A DNA stretch of 62,623 bases, counting the filler, from Phoronis australis (taxonomy: Eukaryota; Animalia; Phoronida), in the NCBI GenBank assembly GCA_002633005.1. It is 9 parts of 9 records of this genome, joined end to end, with 100 filler letters (N's around TTAATTAATTAA, not from the genome) between each part and the next. Parts side by side here need not be neighbours in the genome. Positions count along the whole stretch, not along the records: positions 34,859 to 44,660 come from NMRA01000592.1; positions 44,761 to 47,621 come from NMRA01003367.1; positions 47,722 to 58,967 come from NMRA01000010.1; 6 more parts are not named here. One strand, written 5' to 3'. The notes under the pieces were generated by a model. It was not told the DNA's origin and made no database searches. It saw only the letters and a list, made by a program, of their open reading frames with translations. Every line of letters starts with the position of its first letter. The stretch's first letter is position 1. Below, one piece after another: positions 36,931 through 48,744 of this stretch. The position numbers were made by a program, and so were the translations under genes.

Positions 36931-37710
36931 CTGTACAACCCTTGCCCTGACGGTCTGTGGAAGAGGAAACCCGACTTCGCGGCCCCCGACAAATAAATAG
37001 ATTTTTTCAGTTTCGTGGCTAATTCACATATTATTACGTGCACATTATTTATTTGACTCACTATTGTAGTCTTTTCGTAATTGGAGGTTTAGTTTCCAAC
37101 TCAAGTTGGTTTATGTTCGTGCCAGTCCCAGCGGCCGCGACGGGNCATGAAAAAGTGTAATTATACCGAATTACTTTCATAACAAGGTAAAGTATACTGG
37201 CGAAACACCATTAACTATTACGGAGAATTGAATTAATTTCATGAACAAAAACAATTATCTACTTTGTATGTCGTAATGTCGCATGAACAACTTCAGCCTT
37301 GGTACAAAGCAGTACAGCTAGCTGGCTGGCTAGAGAACAACTTACTCAGGAAGTTGATTGATTTGCTGTGCGTTAAATTGGTCGGAAAATTCCGCCTAAT
37401 CTCAAGATTGCCTGAACTTGAAGTTAAATATTCCATTAAAGTTATGAGGGGAAAACGCTCAACAGCCTCGCCTCGGGTAATTTTCCTTCAGTGATCATTC
37501 AAACAATGACTGCTATAGTGCTATATTGAACCAGACTGAAGATGCTTTGACAATGGTGTACTCTAAAGTGGGACAATTACAATGTACAAACTCTCCTCAA
37601 TATAACATGCAGGGTAGGTAATTTGCGTATGGACGCCACAGCCCAGGCGATTGCATATCCCCATAAAAGGTTTCTCATTTCAGATTTAGAATACTGAATA
37701 ACATCGAATG

Positions 37711-37761
37711 TAGACAGTGACCACCGTCTCTACTGGCGGTAGAGACGGTGGTCACTGTCTA
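37711..37761. repeat. Perfect hairpin / minimal TIR-only element
   Basis: TAGACAGTGACCACCGTCTCTAC-tggcg-GTAGAGACGGTGGTCACTGTCTA, flanked by catcgaatg and catcaaatg (8/9 identical). Confidence 0.8.
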
Positions 37762-38693
37762 CATCAAATGATGCATGGATATATTATATACACATTAGGT
37801 TATGATGAACACACACTCGAGCTTCCCTTGCCGAGTGCCATTTAAGGAAGTTATGTTGCGCTTTTTGACTCACTCGTGTGACTGTCGTGAACTCAATTGA
37901 AGTATTTTGGGGTTATTGTGCACAGCGAAAAAGTTAAAGGCAACCAAAAAGTGGAGTTGGAATTCTTCATCAAAGTCATCTTAATTGCCGTAGACATGCT
38001 TCATTGAGCTGTATAAAACCCGAAAGAATCGCCGAGGAAAGTAAGCCCATTTTTAAGTGACAAAATTTTAGGTTTAAGATATATTTTTGACCAGATTTGG
38101 GCTGCTCCCCATTTAAAATACATGAGATGAAATTTGTACAGATGCCAATAAATCCATGGGGTCAACCCATATTACACAGTGACACTTGCTTCTCGTTGTA
38201 TTTACCCGCAATGTCAGTCTAGTGCTTTTGTATTCTTATTTTGCTCCATTGGCATTGGAGCTACACATGTTCTGTGTTGTTGTATTATTTCCAATTTTTT
38301 TCTTGGCTGCATTACTCTGTGTTTGTTCTTCCAATGCCAATAAAGTATTGCTGCTGTGTCAAGAAAATGCGGAGGGAGTGGATGAAGCAAATTCATCGAA
38401 TTGATTTGAACTGAATAGAATCCCATTTCGTGAGAATATCTTTTCAATTCTGGAACTTTTAAACTACCAAACACATGACCTGAGAAAATGTGCTTGATAT
38501 TCCAAAACTAGGTCAGCGCTTTCTAACGTCTGAAACAATGGAGAGTACTGTTGCTGTGTTATCTGGGACAGCCCTGTTACTGTACATATTGTTGACAAGC
38601 ATTTGTTTGACCAACGCACTCCAGTAAAGTGTCTACGTAGAGCATCAGAGATTCATCGAGATTTTTAAAAATATGCGTCCATAATGGATTTAA

Positions 38694-39116
38694 AGAGGCA
38701 TGGAATGCGAAAGCTTGTCTAAAATATCTTTTAAACAATTCCTGACGAAAGTACCATCACGCAATGTTTAGTACAGAGTAATTCACTTTCCCCTGTGAGG
38801 AAATTTTGATTAAAAATCACAAAATTAACGATTTTTAAATATGGGAAAAACTGGAAATGTGCTACGTCTATGTTTTGCCATACCAATAAGGAGACGTGCT
38901 TGCCTTGTGGGAGAAAAATCGGCGAAGTGGCAAGCAGTTGACTGATCGTTGTTTTGAAATTTGAAGCTAAAATAAAATGCTTTGATATCAACAGAAATTA
39001 AACATCTTGACAAACAAACTCTTAAAATACCTGGTGAGCAGTTTGAATTTTGTTTCAATGGCAGAGAACCACTTTCAATATTACAATTTAGTCTGTTTGT
39101 TACGTTCCAGGCCTCT
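38694..39116 (+). mobile_element. 423-bp Kolobok-type element just upstream of the Borealin ATG exon
   Basis: TTAA|AGAGGCATGGAATG...CGTTCCAGGCCTCT|TTAA (TIR 12/14 matched). Confidence 0.72.
38883..39039 (+). promoter_or_regulatory. Candidate Borealin core promoter and 5'UTR exon: CCAAT plus tandem CHR-like TTTGAA, then a splice donor
   Basis: CCAAT 38883-38887, TTTGAA at 38953 and 38960, ctg|GTGAGC at 39034. The ATG exon begins with an acceptor at 39235, so an upstream exon is required. Confidence 0.4.
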
Positions 39117-39236
39117 TTAAACTTATAATTCTGGACTAAACAATGAGCTTCCAGAGCTGCTGTTGGCAAGTCAATAGTTACCAATGAAATTCAAATTAAT
39201 AATATATTTTGTACTTAAATGGTGGTTATTTGCAGA

Positions 39237-39372
39237 ATGCCTCGTAAAAGACAAACTAAAGCAGGGTCACGTGCCAAACCCAAGGCACCAGAGGGCAGTG
39301 AAGGAGAGGGCCTTACTGTGGAAGAGAGGAGGGACAAACTACACTTGTTCTTAAAGGATTTTGACAATGAAG
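39237..39372 (+). CDS. CDCA8: Borealin (chromosomal passenger complex subunit), coding exon 1
   Basis: Acceptor tttgcag at 39235, ATG at 39237, donor gtatgg at 39373: MPRKRQTKAGSRAKPKAPEGSEGEGLTVEERRDKLHLFLKDFDNE. RR.KL..FLKDFD.EV is the Borealin N-terminal helix signature. Confidence 0.88.
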
Positions 39373-40151
39373 GTATGGAAAGTGGAACTCGTGTATGGTG
39401 CTGCCAGGGCCATAACCTTCACAATTGTACAGGCTGACAGTTTAGCACAGACAAATAGGTCAAATTTGTGAGATGACAAAATCTTCGGTTGAAATCAACA
39501 GTTATGTCAAAATATTGTACATGTGCTATATTGTTATGCTCAGAAGCAATGCTTGAAATAATGTTCACCTCAGTCTTTGATTATAATCTATGACTCAAAA
39601 AATTACAAAAACTTCTGGACATCTTGAAGTTTAAAATATATGTAATTAAAAAACAAAAATAGTAAAATTATGGTGTCTGCTACTTAAATATGTAAACTCT
39701 TTTCAAAAATTTCCAATTCTGCAAAAGAAGTCACATTGCATAAATTCCATGTGTATGCTGTTACTGTGGACAACTGGGGCTACTATACTAATGTCCAAGT
39801 AAATACACCACTGTCAGTAAGGAGACGTTTTATTTATCTCAACTACTCACAGAAGAACAGTAGCATGCCTGGTCACTCTGAAAATTGGCTCGCCACCAGG
39901 ATAGCCAGCCAGTGACCTTCTATTCGCCCATTTTGAACGTGAGAGTGTATATTTGCTCTGCCTAATTTGTGTTGCTAATTTCTTTTGCTGAAATGTAATC
40001 ATGTTTTTAAACCATTGTAGGAAAGTACTATTTTCATGTATTGCAGCAAGAGAGGTGGTGCTAAATAAAACTGTTGTCACTGTGCTAGTTAAACGGCACA
40101 AGTACCTTTAGTTCTAAATGCGTTGTTATTTGATGATGTTTCTTTTTCCAG

Positions 40152-40246
40152 TACAAAACAGAATTGATCGAATGAGAAAGCAGGCTAAGCAGTTGTGTGA
40201 CTCAGTGTCAACGTGTTACAGGATGGAGCTAATGAAGCTACCCAAA
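40152..40246 (+). CDS. CDCA8: Borealin coding exon 2
   Basis: tttttccag|...|gtaagt, phase 1/0: (V)QNRIDRMRKQAKQLCDSVSTCYRMELMKLPK, which matches the Y..E+..LPK motif. Confidence 0.88.
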
Positions 40247-40261
40247 GTAAGTTCTACACTG

Positions 40262-41978
40262 TCTAGTGGCAAGTTTGTTTTTTACATCAGAGGTGTATCT
40301 CCTAAACCCCTGGCAACTGATTACAATGACTTTTGGGCAGGTCTGACAACCGCTGTGCCCCATTGTGGCAGTTTTATTTTTTTTTTGTGTACCTCTTCAT
40401 AGTGCCTCTGTGTGCCCCCTAGTGCCAATTTTAGTTTTTTACGTTCACCTCTGTATCTTCAAAGCTCCTCAACATTTTCACAAAATGGGGTATATAAGCA
40501 TCTATTAGTGAGACGACGGTGTCCTCCCTTTTTCGGATGGATTTGACGTAGTTTGCGCCATTTTTACTGTTTTCGAGTCTGTTTTTTAGCGTCCACTCCT
40601 CTATCAACCAAACTGCTCTAAGTATGATTGTGAAAATTGGCATGTATGTTCTTACTATGAAGAGGACGGTTGACGATGATTTTCTGATGACTTTGAATAC
40701 TGTGGTGCCTCCTAGTGGCAGTTTTGTTTTTTGCGCCTATGGCTCTATCTCCTAAACCGTTTGCAGGATCTTTACTAAATTTAGTGAGGGCATTTATATG
40801 ATGATGACAGTGGATGACGATGACTTTCAAACAGATCTGACTACTGGTGTGCCCCCTGGTGGCAAGTTTTTTACGTTTACCTCTGTATCTTCAAAGCTGC
40901 TCAACGTATTTTCATAAGATTTGGTGTACAGGCTTCTGTTAGTGAAGTGACGCATTCTTTCTGTTATCAGATGGATTTGATCTAGTTTGCGCCACCTAGA
41001 TACTGTTTTTTAGTCTGTTTTTTGGTGTCCACCTCTCTATCAACCAAACCCCTTTCAAGATAATTGTGAAAATTGGCATGTATGTTTTTACAATGAAGTG
41101 GACGGCTGACGGTGATTTTCTGATGACTTCGACTACTGTGGCGCCTCCTAGTGGCAGTTTTGTTTTTTGCACCCATGGCTGTATCTCCTAAACCGTTTGG
41201 AGGATCTTTACTAAATTTAACATGATGTTGACAACGGGTGATGACAATTTCGGATGGATCTGGCACTGGTGTGCCTCCTGGTGGCAACTTTAGTTTTATG
41301 TTCACCTCTGTATCTTCAAAGGTCCTCAACAGATTTTCATAAAATTATTGAATATGGGCATCTATTGGTGAGATGACGCTATCCTCCCAGTTTCGGAAGG
41401 AATCAAGGTATTGTGCGCCACTTAGTGGCCATTTTTGCTGTTTTTTTTTGTTTTTTTTTTGGCGTCTACCCTCTATCAACCAAATCATTCTAAGGATGGT
41501 TTTGAAAATTGGCGTATATGTTCTCAGTGTTAAGAGGCCGGTTGACGATGACAACTTTGACTACTGTGGCGCCTCCTAGTGGTAGTTTTGTTTTGTTTTG
41601 TTTTGCTCCCATAACTGTATCTCTTAAACCCACTGCAGGATCTTTATTAAATTTAATTAGTAAGTGTATTTGTATGAAGCTAACAATAGACAATAGCGAC
41701 TTTTAGGCAGCTCCAATGAACAGTGTGCCCCCTAGTGGGTATTTCATTTCATTTCATTCTGTTTTCCTTTGTTTCTCTGAAATTCCGTGACAGATTTCTA
41801 TGAAATTTAGTGTATAGCTTTCTATTAAAGAAGCAATGACATGTGCCCGTCTTCGGGTAGATTGTACATTTTTGCGCCATGTACTGGCCATTTTTATGAC
41901 ACAAATAAACAACCCTAAAAGCACACCATGTGCGATGCATTCGTGGGTGCATTTCAATGCTACGCGTTGCTCTTGTCA
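40262..41978 (+). mobile_element. Helentron/HINE family B tandem array with 3' end, in Borealin intron 2
   Basis: ~145-bp subunits in a ~430-bp trimer (markers at 40411, 40847, 41269, 41723 and at 40703, 41140, 41568). Ends with subTIR gtgggtgcat, hairpin caatgc-tac-gcgttg and cttgt. Confidence 0.8.
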
Positions 41979-42482
41979 AATTTGGCAAGTGTATTCCTAT
42001 AAATGTGGCAACAGGTGACAACTTTTTTGAACAGATCCATCTCCTGCTTTTCCTCATTGTAGTAATTTTATTTTTTTCATGATAGCTGCTGTATCTTTGG
42101 AGTTGCAAGATGGATTTTCAGGAAATTTGGCAAATAGGTTTCTGTTATTAAGATGTTCCTATTTGTGGACGGGTTTGATAATTATATTTTGTATCATCTT
42201 GTGGCCGTTTTCGTGATACTAATAAACACTCCAAGAAACATACTGTTTGCATTGCGATAATGGGCACTATTCTTGTTCTGTATTTTGTGTGGGGGAACTG
42301 TCAGTTATCGGTATTTTCATAGGTTGTCTCTGTTCTTCTAACATTTACCTTTGATCTTGATCTAACTAAACTTACTTGTGAAGTGATTGTAGGCCTGCTG
42401 GTTGAGGCATGATTTGTTGCTTATGTGTAGCTGTAAACTTGTAGTCGAAATCTTTTTTACTGACTTGTGTCTGTTGTTTCAG

Positions 42483-42516
42483 AGAATAAGAGATATGAAA
42501 AGATCTGATTTCATGA
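42483..42516 (+). CDS. CDCA8: Borealin coding exon 3 (34 nt)
   Basis: tgtttcag|...|gtaagt, phase 0/1: RIRDMKRSDFM, continuing the LPK-x-x-R-x-M motif in frame. Confidence 0.85.
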
Positions 42517-43068
42517 GTAAGTATGCGGAAACTGTCCCTTAGAATCTATTAAAGCTGCAGAAATAAAATGTATGTGTTGTATACTTGTCTAACAATGTTT
42601 TATTAAAACAGCTGACCAGTTACATTGCTCACCATTCCAAGTCTTTTGCATATATATGTTACAAGTGACCTGTTAATTTGTTTAGACAATAGCAAAAGCT
42701 ATGATAAAAAAAGTTTTTGAGATCAAACGATTTTCGTATTCAGGTTGCACGTGGTGAGGAAATGTAATTTTAAGCAATATTAAATGAACAAATCATGCAG
42801 TGACTAATTGTAGATAAGAATGCTGATTTGTATTTACAACTGGTCTAATTCAATGTGGTCTTATTTTTTGGGTCCTCTTGACAAGTCTGAAAGTAGCCAC
42901 TTATGTCACAAAGTGGGCAGATCAGTGTTCAGCATTGAACACTGTAATGATGCTAAAAGCTGTGCATTTGAATTTGGTGATTGCTCAAGCAGAGGGTATA
43001 TCCAAAATTTCAAAAATTTACTACAGTGTGAATGGCAATTAAGTATATATATCTCATTATGTTTTCAG

Positions 43069-43165
43069 AGCTTGGAGGCAATGTATCTGATATAGAGATG
43101 AAGACAACAGATGAGATCGTGGACTCACTAGCCAACTCTATTGATCAAAAAGTAGCCAAATCAAG
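43069..43165 (+). CDS. CDCA8: Borealin coding exon 4
   Basis: gttttcag|...|gttagc, phase 1/2: (K)LGGNVSDIEMKTTDEIVDSLANSIDQKVAKS. Phases match both neighbouring exons. Confidence 0.78.
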
Positions 43166-43267
43166 GTTAGCAACAGCCTTGTGATGTCTGATTAATAAAA
43201 CCTTCAAAACAGTCTGTAGTGGTGTGTGGTCAAACTTACAGATCACTGAAGACTCTTGTAATGGCCC

Positions 43268-43425
43268 ATGCTGTATCACATAGTGTTCCTGCTGTATCCT
43301 ACTGTATCTTTGCTGTATTCTATAATTCCCCTGGTGTATCCTACAGTGTCCCTACTGTATCCTACAGTGTCCCTGTTGTATCCTTCAGTACTCCTGTTCT
43401 ATTCCACAGTGCCTGTGGTGTATCA
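43268..43425. repeat. Degenerate 21-bp minisatellite in Borealin intron 4
   Basis: About 7 copies of ctgtatcctacagtgtccctg-like units. Confidence 0.75.
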
Positions 43426-43580
43426 TGTGATACTAAATTCTTACCAAGACGTTTCTCTTGCTCGACATTGTGGTAGTGTTGTAGAATCGTTTTGTGCTGT
43501 TTTGATGAGAAGTATTCAAGAAAACCATAATGACAAGGGACATGTCTCATTGTGTGCGCCATTCTTGACTGTTGTTTCAG

Positions 43581-43689
43581 TGAGAAATCGTCACGTACCG
43601 TCAAGAAGACTGTGATGTCATGTGACACAATAGCAGAAGAAGAAGAGTGTGATCAGGACGAGGCCCCTATACCGACCACTGTAAAGAAG
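43581..43689 (+). CDS. CDCA8: Borealin coding exon 5 (low-complexity linker); later exons not in this segment
   Basis: gttgtttcag|, phase 2: (S)EKSSRTVKKTVMSCDTIAEEEECDQDEAPIPTTVKK. Donor is either after 43680 (gtaaag) or after 43689 (gtgatc). Confidence 0.65.
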
Positions 43690-44320
43690 GTGATCTTCGG
43701 CTTTACTGCTTCCTTTATATATCGTAGTGTTAGTTTTGGAGGAGCACATTTTTATCGGTGTGCACCATTCTTTGTAATCATGGTGTCGACAATGTTCCCC
43801 ATGCCTTCTTCAGTCATGAAGGACGTGGTTTTGATTGTCGTAGATCAACTGTGAATTCTTTCACCCATGCATACTCTGTGTTGATCAGCCTGTGTATGCG
43901 CTGGTTTTGCGGGTTCACACAATCTTTCACAAACGTTTACTCACATCTGGGTTTATGAGGCTATACACATTTTCTTTGTGATTATATAAGTTGATGTTCT
44001 GAGGAAAGTATAACTAACACCAAAAATTATGATAATGGGCCGATAAAAGTCAAACATTCATTCCCAAGGGACTTACTGCATGTTATTTGGGCTGCATTTG
44101 TGTGAAGTTTTATTTAATTTTTTATTTCATTTTCAGAATTGTTTTCAGTTTATTTGGTACACTGGTGATAAGTTAGCAAGCATTAGAATTTTTATGCGCC
44201 CACAAAGCTACTGTACGTTAGCGGTTGGCAAAGTATTTACAACCGAGCGTCGAGAATACCTCAAGAATGAAGCTTTCTTTTTTGTATTTTGTACCAAGAT
44301 GTAGGTGGACCGTCCCCGAT

Positions 44321-44660
44321 TTTTATGCGCCCACATATTTATATGTGGACGCATTATGCCGTCATCTCTGTCCGTCCGTCCGGGCGGCGTGCGTCTGGCG
44401 TCCGGCGTCCGCTGCTCTATCTCCAAAACCCTTTGACATACGTTCATGAAATTTGGCACATATGTTCCATTCATGAATGGGACGGCATGTGCGAACTTCC
44501 GGATGGATCCGACTACCAGTGTGCCCCCTAGTGGCAATTTTAGTTTTTTACGCTTACCTTTGTATCTTCAAAAGTCCTGAACGGATTTTCATGAAATTTG
44601 GTATGTAGGCACCTAGTAGTGAGATGACGCTATCCTGCCGTTTTCAGATGGATTCGACAT
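44321..44660 (+). mobile_element. Young Helentron/HINE family B 5' end at a segment boundary
   Basis: ttttatgcgcccacatatttatatgtggacgcat, (GTCC)n and first tandem units. Runs into the spacer. Confidence 0.8.
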
Positions 44661-47600
44661 NNNNNNNNNNNNNNNNNNNNNNNNNNNNNNNNNNNNNNNN
44701 NNNNTTAATTAATTAANNNNNNNNNNNNNNNNNNNNNNNNNNNNNNNNNNNNNNNNNNNNACTTATCGCTATAAAATTGCGGCAAGCCTCGGCTGGGTTC
44801 CTTACCGATACATGAGAATTGATTTTTGATCATGCAAAAATAACAGTTTGTTATTCCTCGAGGCAATGCTCGGCGAATTAGATGACACGTCATGACAAGA
44901 AGAGCTGTCAGTTTCTTCCAAACTCAGATATCACACCTATTTTACGTAACTAAAAACAGCTTGCGACCAATTTCATAACCGTCTAAACCACTTGTTGTGA
45001 CAACCAGCTCTTGCCAGTGATTCAAATGGGGTTTGAAAATTAGCACGGGGTACTTTACACTACTTCCTCGGCGACCGCCTCAATCTTTCATTCCGGAACT
45101 ATACTGCGTCATGGGTTCCTTTGAAATCATGCATTACTTGGCGTGATCTGTGAACTAATCTGACTTTCAATCGAAGCAGTCTGCTCGCCTCGTGTTTTTT
45201 TTTTTCTTCTTCTGCACTGGCCCTTCGAGTTTATGTCACGTTCACGGATACTTGTATGGCGTCGGTTGTTCAATAGCAAGTATAAATTCGTTATGCAGTG
45301 TGTCTGGTTGTGAATTGTCACGTACACGCAAACCTATCCAAATAATTTGTCTTTTGAACACGGCAACGGAACTATCTTAACATTTCACTTCGAGATGTTT
45401 ACACTGTACCCACCGACATTGTAGTAAGTAGATTTCGCAAAAATGCGATCCCTTTTAATAGACACGTACATTTGCTTTTGCCGGGAAGGAAGTCAAGTGT
45501 TCACCAACGAATATGCCACTGTTCGGGTTTCAAAATTTTAAAATATTTATATTGGCAAACAGAAAAGAAAACGTGTCAAATAGAATTACTAAATAAGTAA
45601 GCATTCAAATTATAACATAACAATCGCTTTCCCCCGTTAAGTATAACATAAATGTTCGAGGTTTTCATTCTGATAACGGTTGTGTTCCAAAAATGCCCTT
45701 ATATGTCAATGAAGCCGAATTGTTAACTATGTGTGTGAAATCCGATTGGGACTCAAGCATATGAAGAAATTCAACATAGCAATGTATTTTTGCTGTGCTA
45801 AATCCACCGTCAAAAAATTGAGATGCCAAAAAATGACTAAAAAGCGCGATTTTTGGCCATATTTTTTATCTAAGATTACAAATTCACGACTGTCCCGGTG
45901 CAATAAAAAGACTATCATCCAAATGTTCTTTCACCCTAAACTCCAGAAATTCAGGTTAAAATATATCATTACTAATCACAATTTTGACAATTTCCAGTTG
46001 TCTGAAAGCTAGGTACCTGGATTTGCGCCAAAAATTCAAGACTCAACAAGCATGTGCTCTCAAGTAGACAAGAGCACAGGACAAACAAATTTCTAGATTC
46101 AGTTTACTCAAAACAACATCAAAGAACTACTGAATACCGTTTGTGGCAATCCCTTCCCATTTAGTCCGCAAAAATGCCGTCAAACCCAACCCACCTCATT
46201 TTAATCATTTTGGAGGATCTACAAGGGTCTGCACCGTGGTCTTAAACCATACATTGCAAAAAAGAGGGACAAAATCGTCATCTTGTTGTAAACCTCGCAG
46301 AATATCCTGCACCATAATAGCTGACTACCGGCGTAAGAAAGGGCCACGTTTCTTCAATTACTTTAGACAGTTCTAAGTTCTAACTCAAGAAACTTTATGT
46401 TTGAAACACAAAAATGATGTAGCCACATCACCATGCATAGTGTTGTCATGGGGATCGCTGTGACTTGTACAGACGTGTTATGTCAAAATCAAAATTCTCT
46501 ATTATAATATTCATCGTAGTTACAAATATGTGTCTCGAATTTTATATAATCGGTGATGATTAAGCATTAAATGAGCAAAGTTGAACAGAATAGCACGAAT
46601 TTATCTCAGACAATACATTAACAGTTGTTCAGAGCTTTTCACAAGAAATACTTCGATTTTCCAGCGAGAATGTATTTGCATTATCTTTTGCTTTCGCAAA
46701 AATCTGCTTTGTCGTTGGCCCTCAACTTTCCTGGCTTGGAAGACGTCATAGTGATGATAGATTTTATGGTATAGCATTCATTTATCACGCGTTTAGTCGC
46801 AAGCTTAGTATTTTGGTTCGGTACAATCTAATTTTGCAACAATTTCTTTGTGTTCAAGGCGTGGTGCTTGTGGCGTCGAAAACAATATATATTGGAAGTG
46901 AGATTTCATTGGTTGACACTGTGAACAGGGCTGTGATATATCACAGGAGAGTGCTTCTGATTCGTTATCCCTGCTGGTCTCGTGGCATAAATAGTAACAT
47001 AAATCCAATCACACGATTTTCCAAATCTTCTTACAATTACACATTATTTTTAAAGAAAATAATTTCATAAAAAATAAATTTTAGATTTTGTTAAAGTCGG
47101 ACAAAAATTCTATCACAATGCTGTGCCCGGGACTAGTGAAACTTTTGAATATGGCAGAAAAATGCTAGTACAGTCACGTGTATATATTGCACGTCATTGC
47201 AAGCTTTGAAATGAGTTTTTGTTGTTATTGTTCGGTTGGGAAAATTCATGACAGTAAAGCAAATGTGCAAACTACGGAGTTCTTCGTTTCCTATGTGACA
47301 CAGGTGGCCAAAGGGGTTTACCATTAGTGCCATTTTGATGTCCTTGGGGAATATTTAGCGGCGTCTCCCTCGGATAGTTAAAGCTCATGAACAGTTAATG
47401 TATTTTATTATTATTCAATCGTGCAATCGTAGATCATAGGCAATAGCTTCGAACTCCGATATTTTTATATGGAATTCCCTGAAGAGGCGTTACTTTACGG
47501 ATCACACTAGTTCGAGTGCCTGATTTTGACGTCACCACTGGTTTGGGCCAATGAAAGCCCTACAAAGCCATATCTTTTTACTTCGCTACGTCCACCGGGA

Positions 47601-48166
47601 AAATTTGAGATGCCAAAAATGNNNNNNNNNNNNNNNNNNNNNNNNNNNNNNNNNNNNNNNNNNNNTTAATTAATTAANNNNNNNNNNNNNNNNNNNNNNN
47701 NNNNNNNNNNNNNNNNNNNNNGTTCGACCCATATTGGTTCCTAGGTTCGACCCGCCTACGTAAGGAACTAAACACCAATGCTATTTTAACATACTAAGTA
47801 CGCGTAACATTCCAAAAAAATCAACGACCACTAACTACAAACTATAAATACACTACATATGCAAACGAATCACGATATATTACTAATAAAACAAAATAAT
47901 GAAGACTTTTCGAGCAAGCCATAGCACATTCAGTTACAAGGAAAAAATGGCGGCGTTCAGGACAAGTTCCTGAACTGATGAGCCGGAAATGTGGGTACGG
48001 ACAACCGGTAATCATACGCTCAGAGAGAAGGGTCAACTACTGTTAAAAAATCGCTTTTGGCAAGAAAGGCGAAAAGAATATAAAGAAAGGGTGTTGAAAA
48101 TAAGAATTTATGTAGTAAGTATTTTCGGATACTGGAACCACATGGGCTGTTTGCAAGAAGGACTTT

Positions 48167-48612
48167 AAGGCCCATTTGGGACATTTTTCGGGTATTTTCG
48201 TAGCAACAAATTTACCCTCGGAACGTCTAGATCACCTCGGCTATTTTTGTGGCTACAAATTGCCCGTCGATACACATTGTACCATCAAATATCCCCTCGG
48301 ATATGGACGTTATCTGCGTGTGCGCGGATTTTCAAAATATGGCAGGTCGTGATTTTCAATTTTGAAAATAATAGGCTCACTGAAGTGTGTAGATGCGCAG
48401 ATAAAGTTCAGCTATTAGATGGATGAAACTTGAGGTTACGAGAACACCCAAGGTGTTCCAGATACTCTTGGAGGTGATGTTTTCCAGTGCATGCTCGAAT
48501 TGTGGTCATTGTGGCAAATCATTCTCCAGTTTGAAAGTCACGCAGGTTAATTTCACCTCCGAGGAGAAATTTGAGGCTACGAAAATACGCAAGGTGTTCT
48601 GAATGGCTTAGG
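48167..48612. mobile_element. Diverged foldback/Harbinger-like MITE; related arm at ~1488-1580
   Basis: Left taaggcccatt..gaca...cgggtattttcgtagc is mirrored by gctacgaaaatacgcaaggtgttctgaatggctta on the right. Confidence 0.5.
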
Positions 48613-48744
48613 ACCCTCGAGTTGTACGGGGATCCACCTCAAAGCCACAGAAACTAGCTTGACAGACGGCAATGAAAGAAAATTTTATGATGAGAGGAGG
48701 GGTGTAGCTCGAGGGTTGAGGCGACCCGGAGAAAGGTAAAAAAT

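Noticed and set aside
35813-39116. 35813 and 38694 copies as paired long direct repeats of one composite KolobokP element
   Set aside because: The copies are clearly diverged, similarity ends after ~150 bp, the first lacks a right TIR, and no transposase core lies between them.
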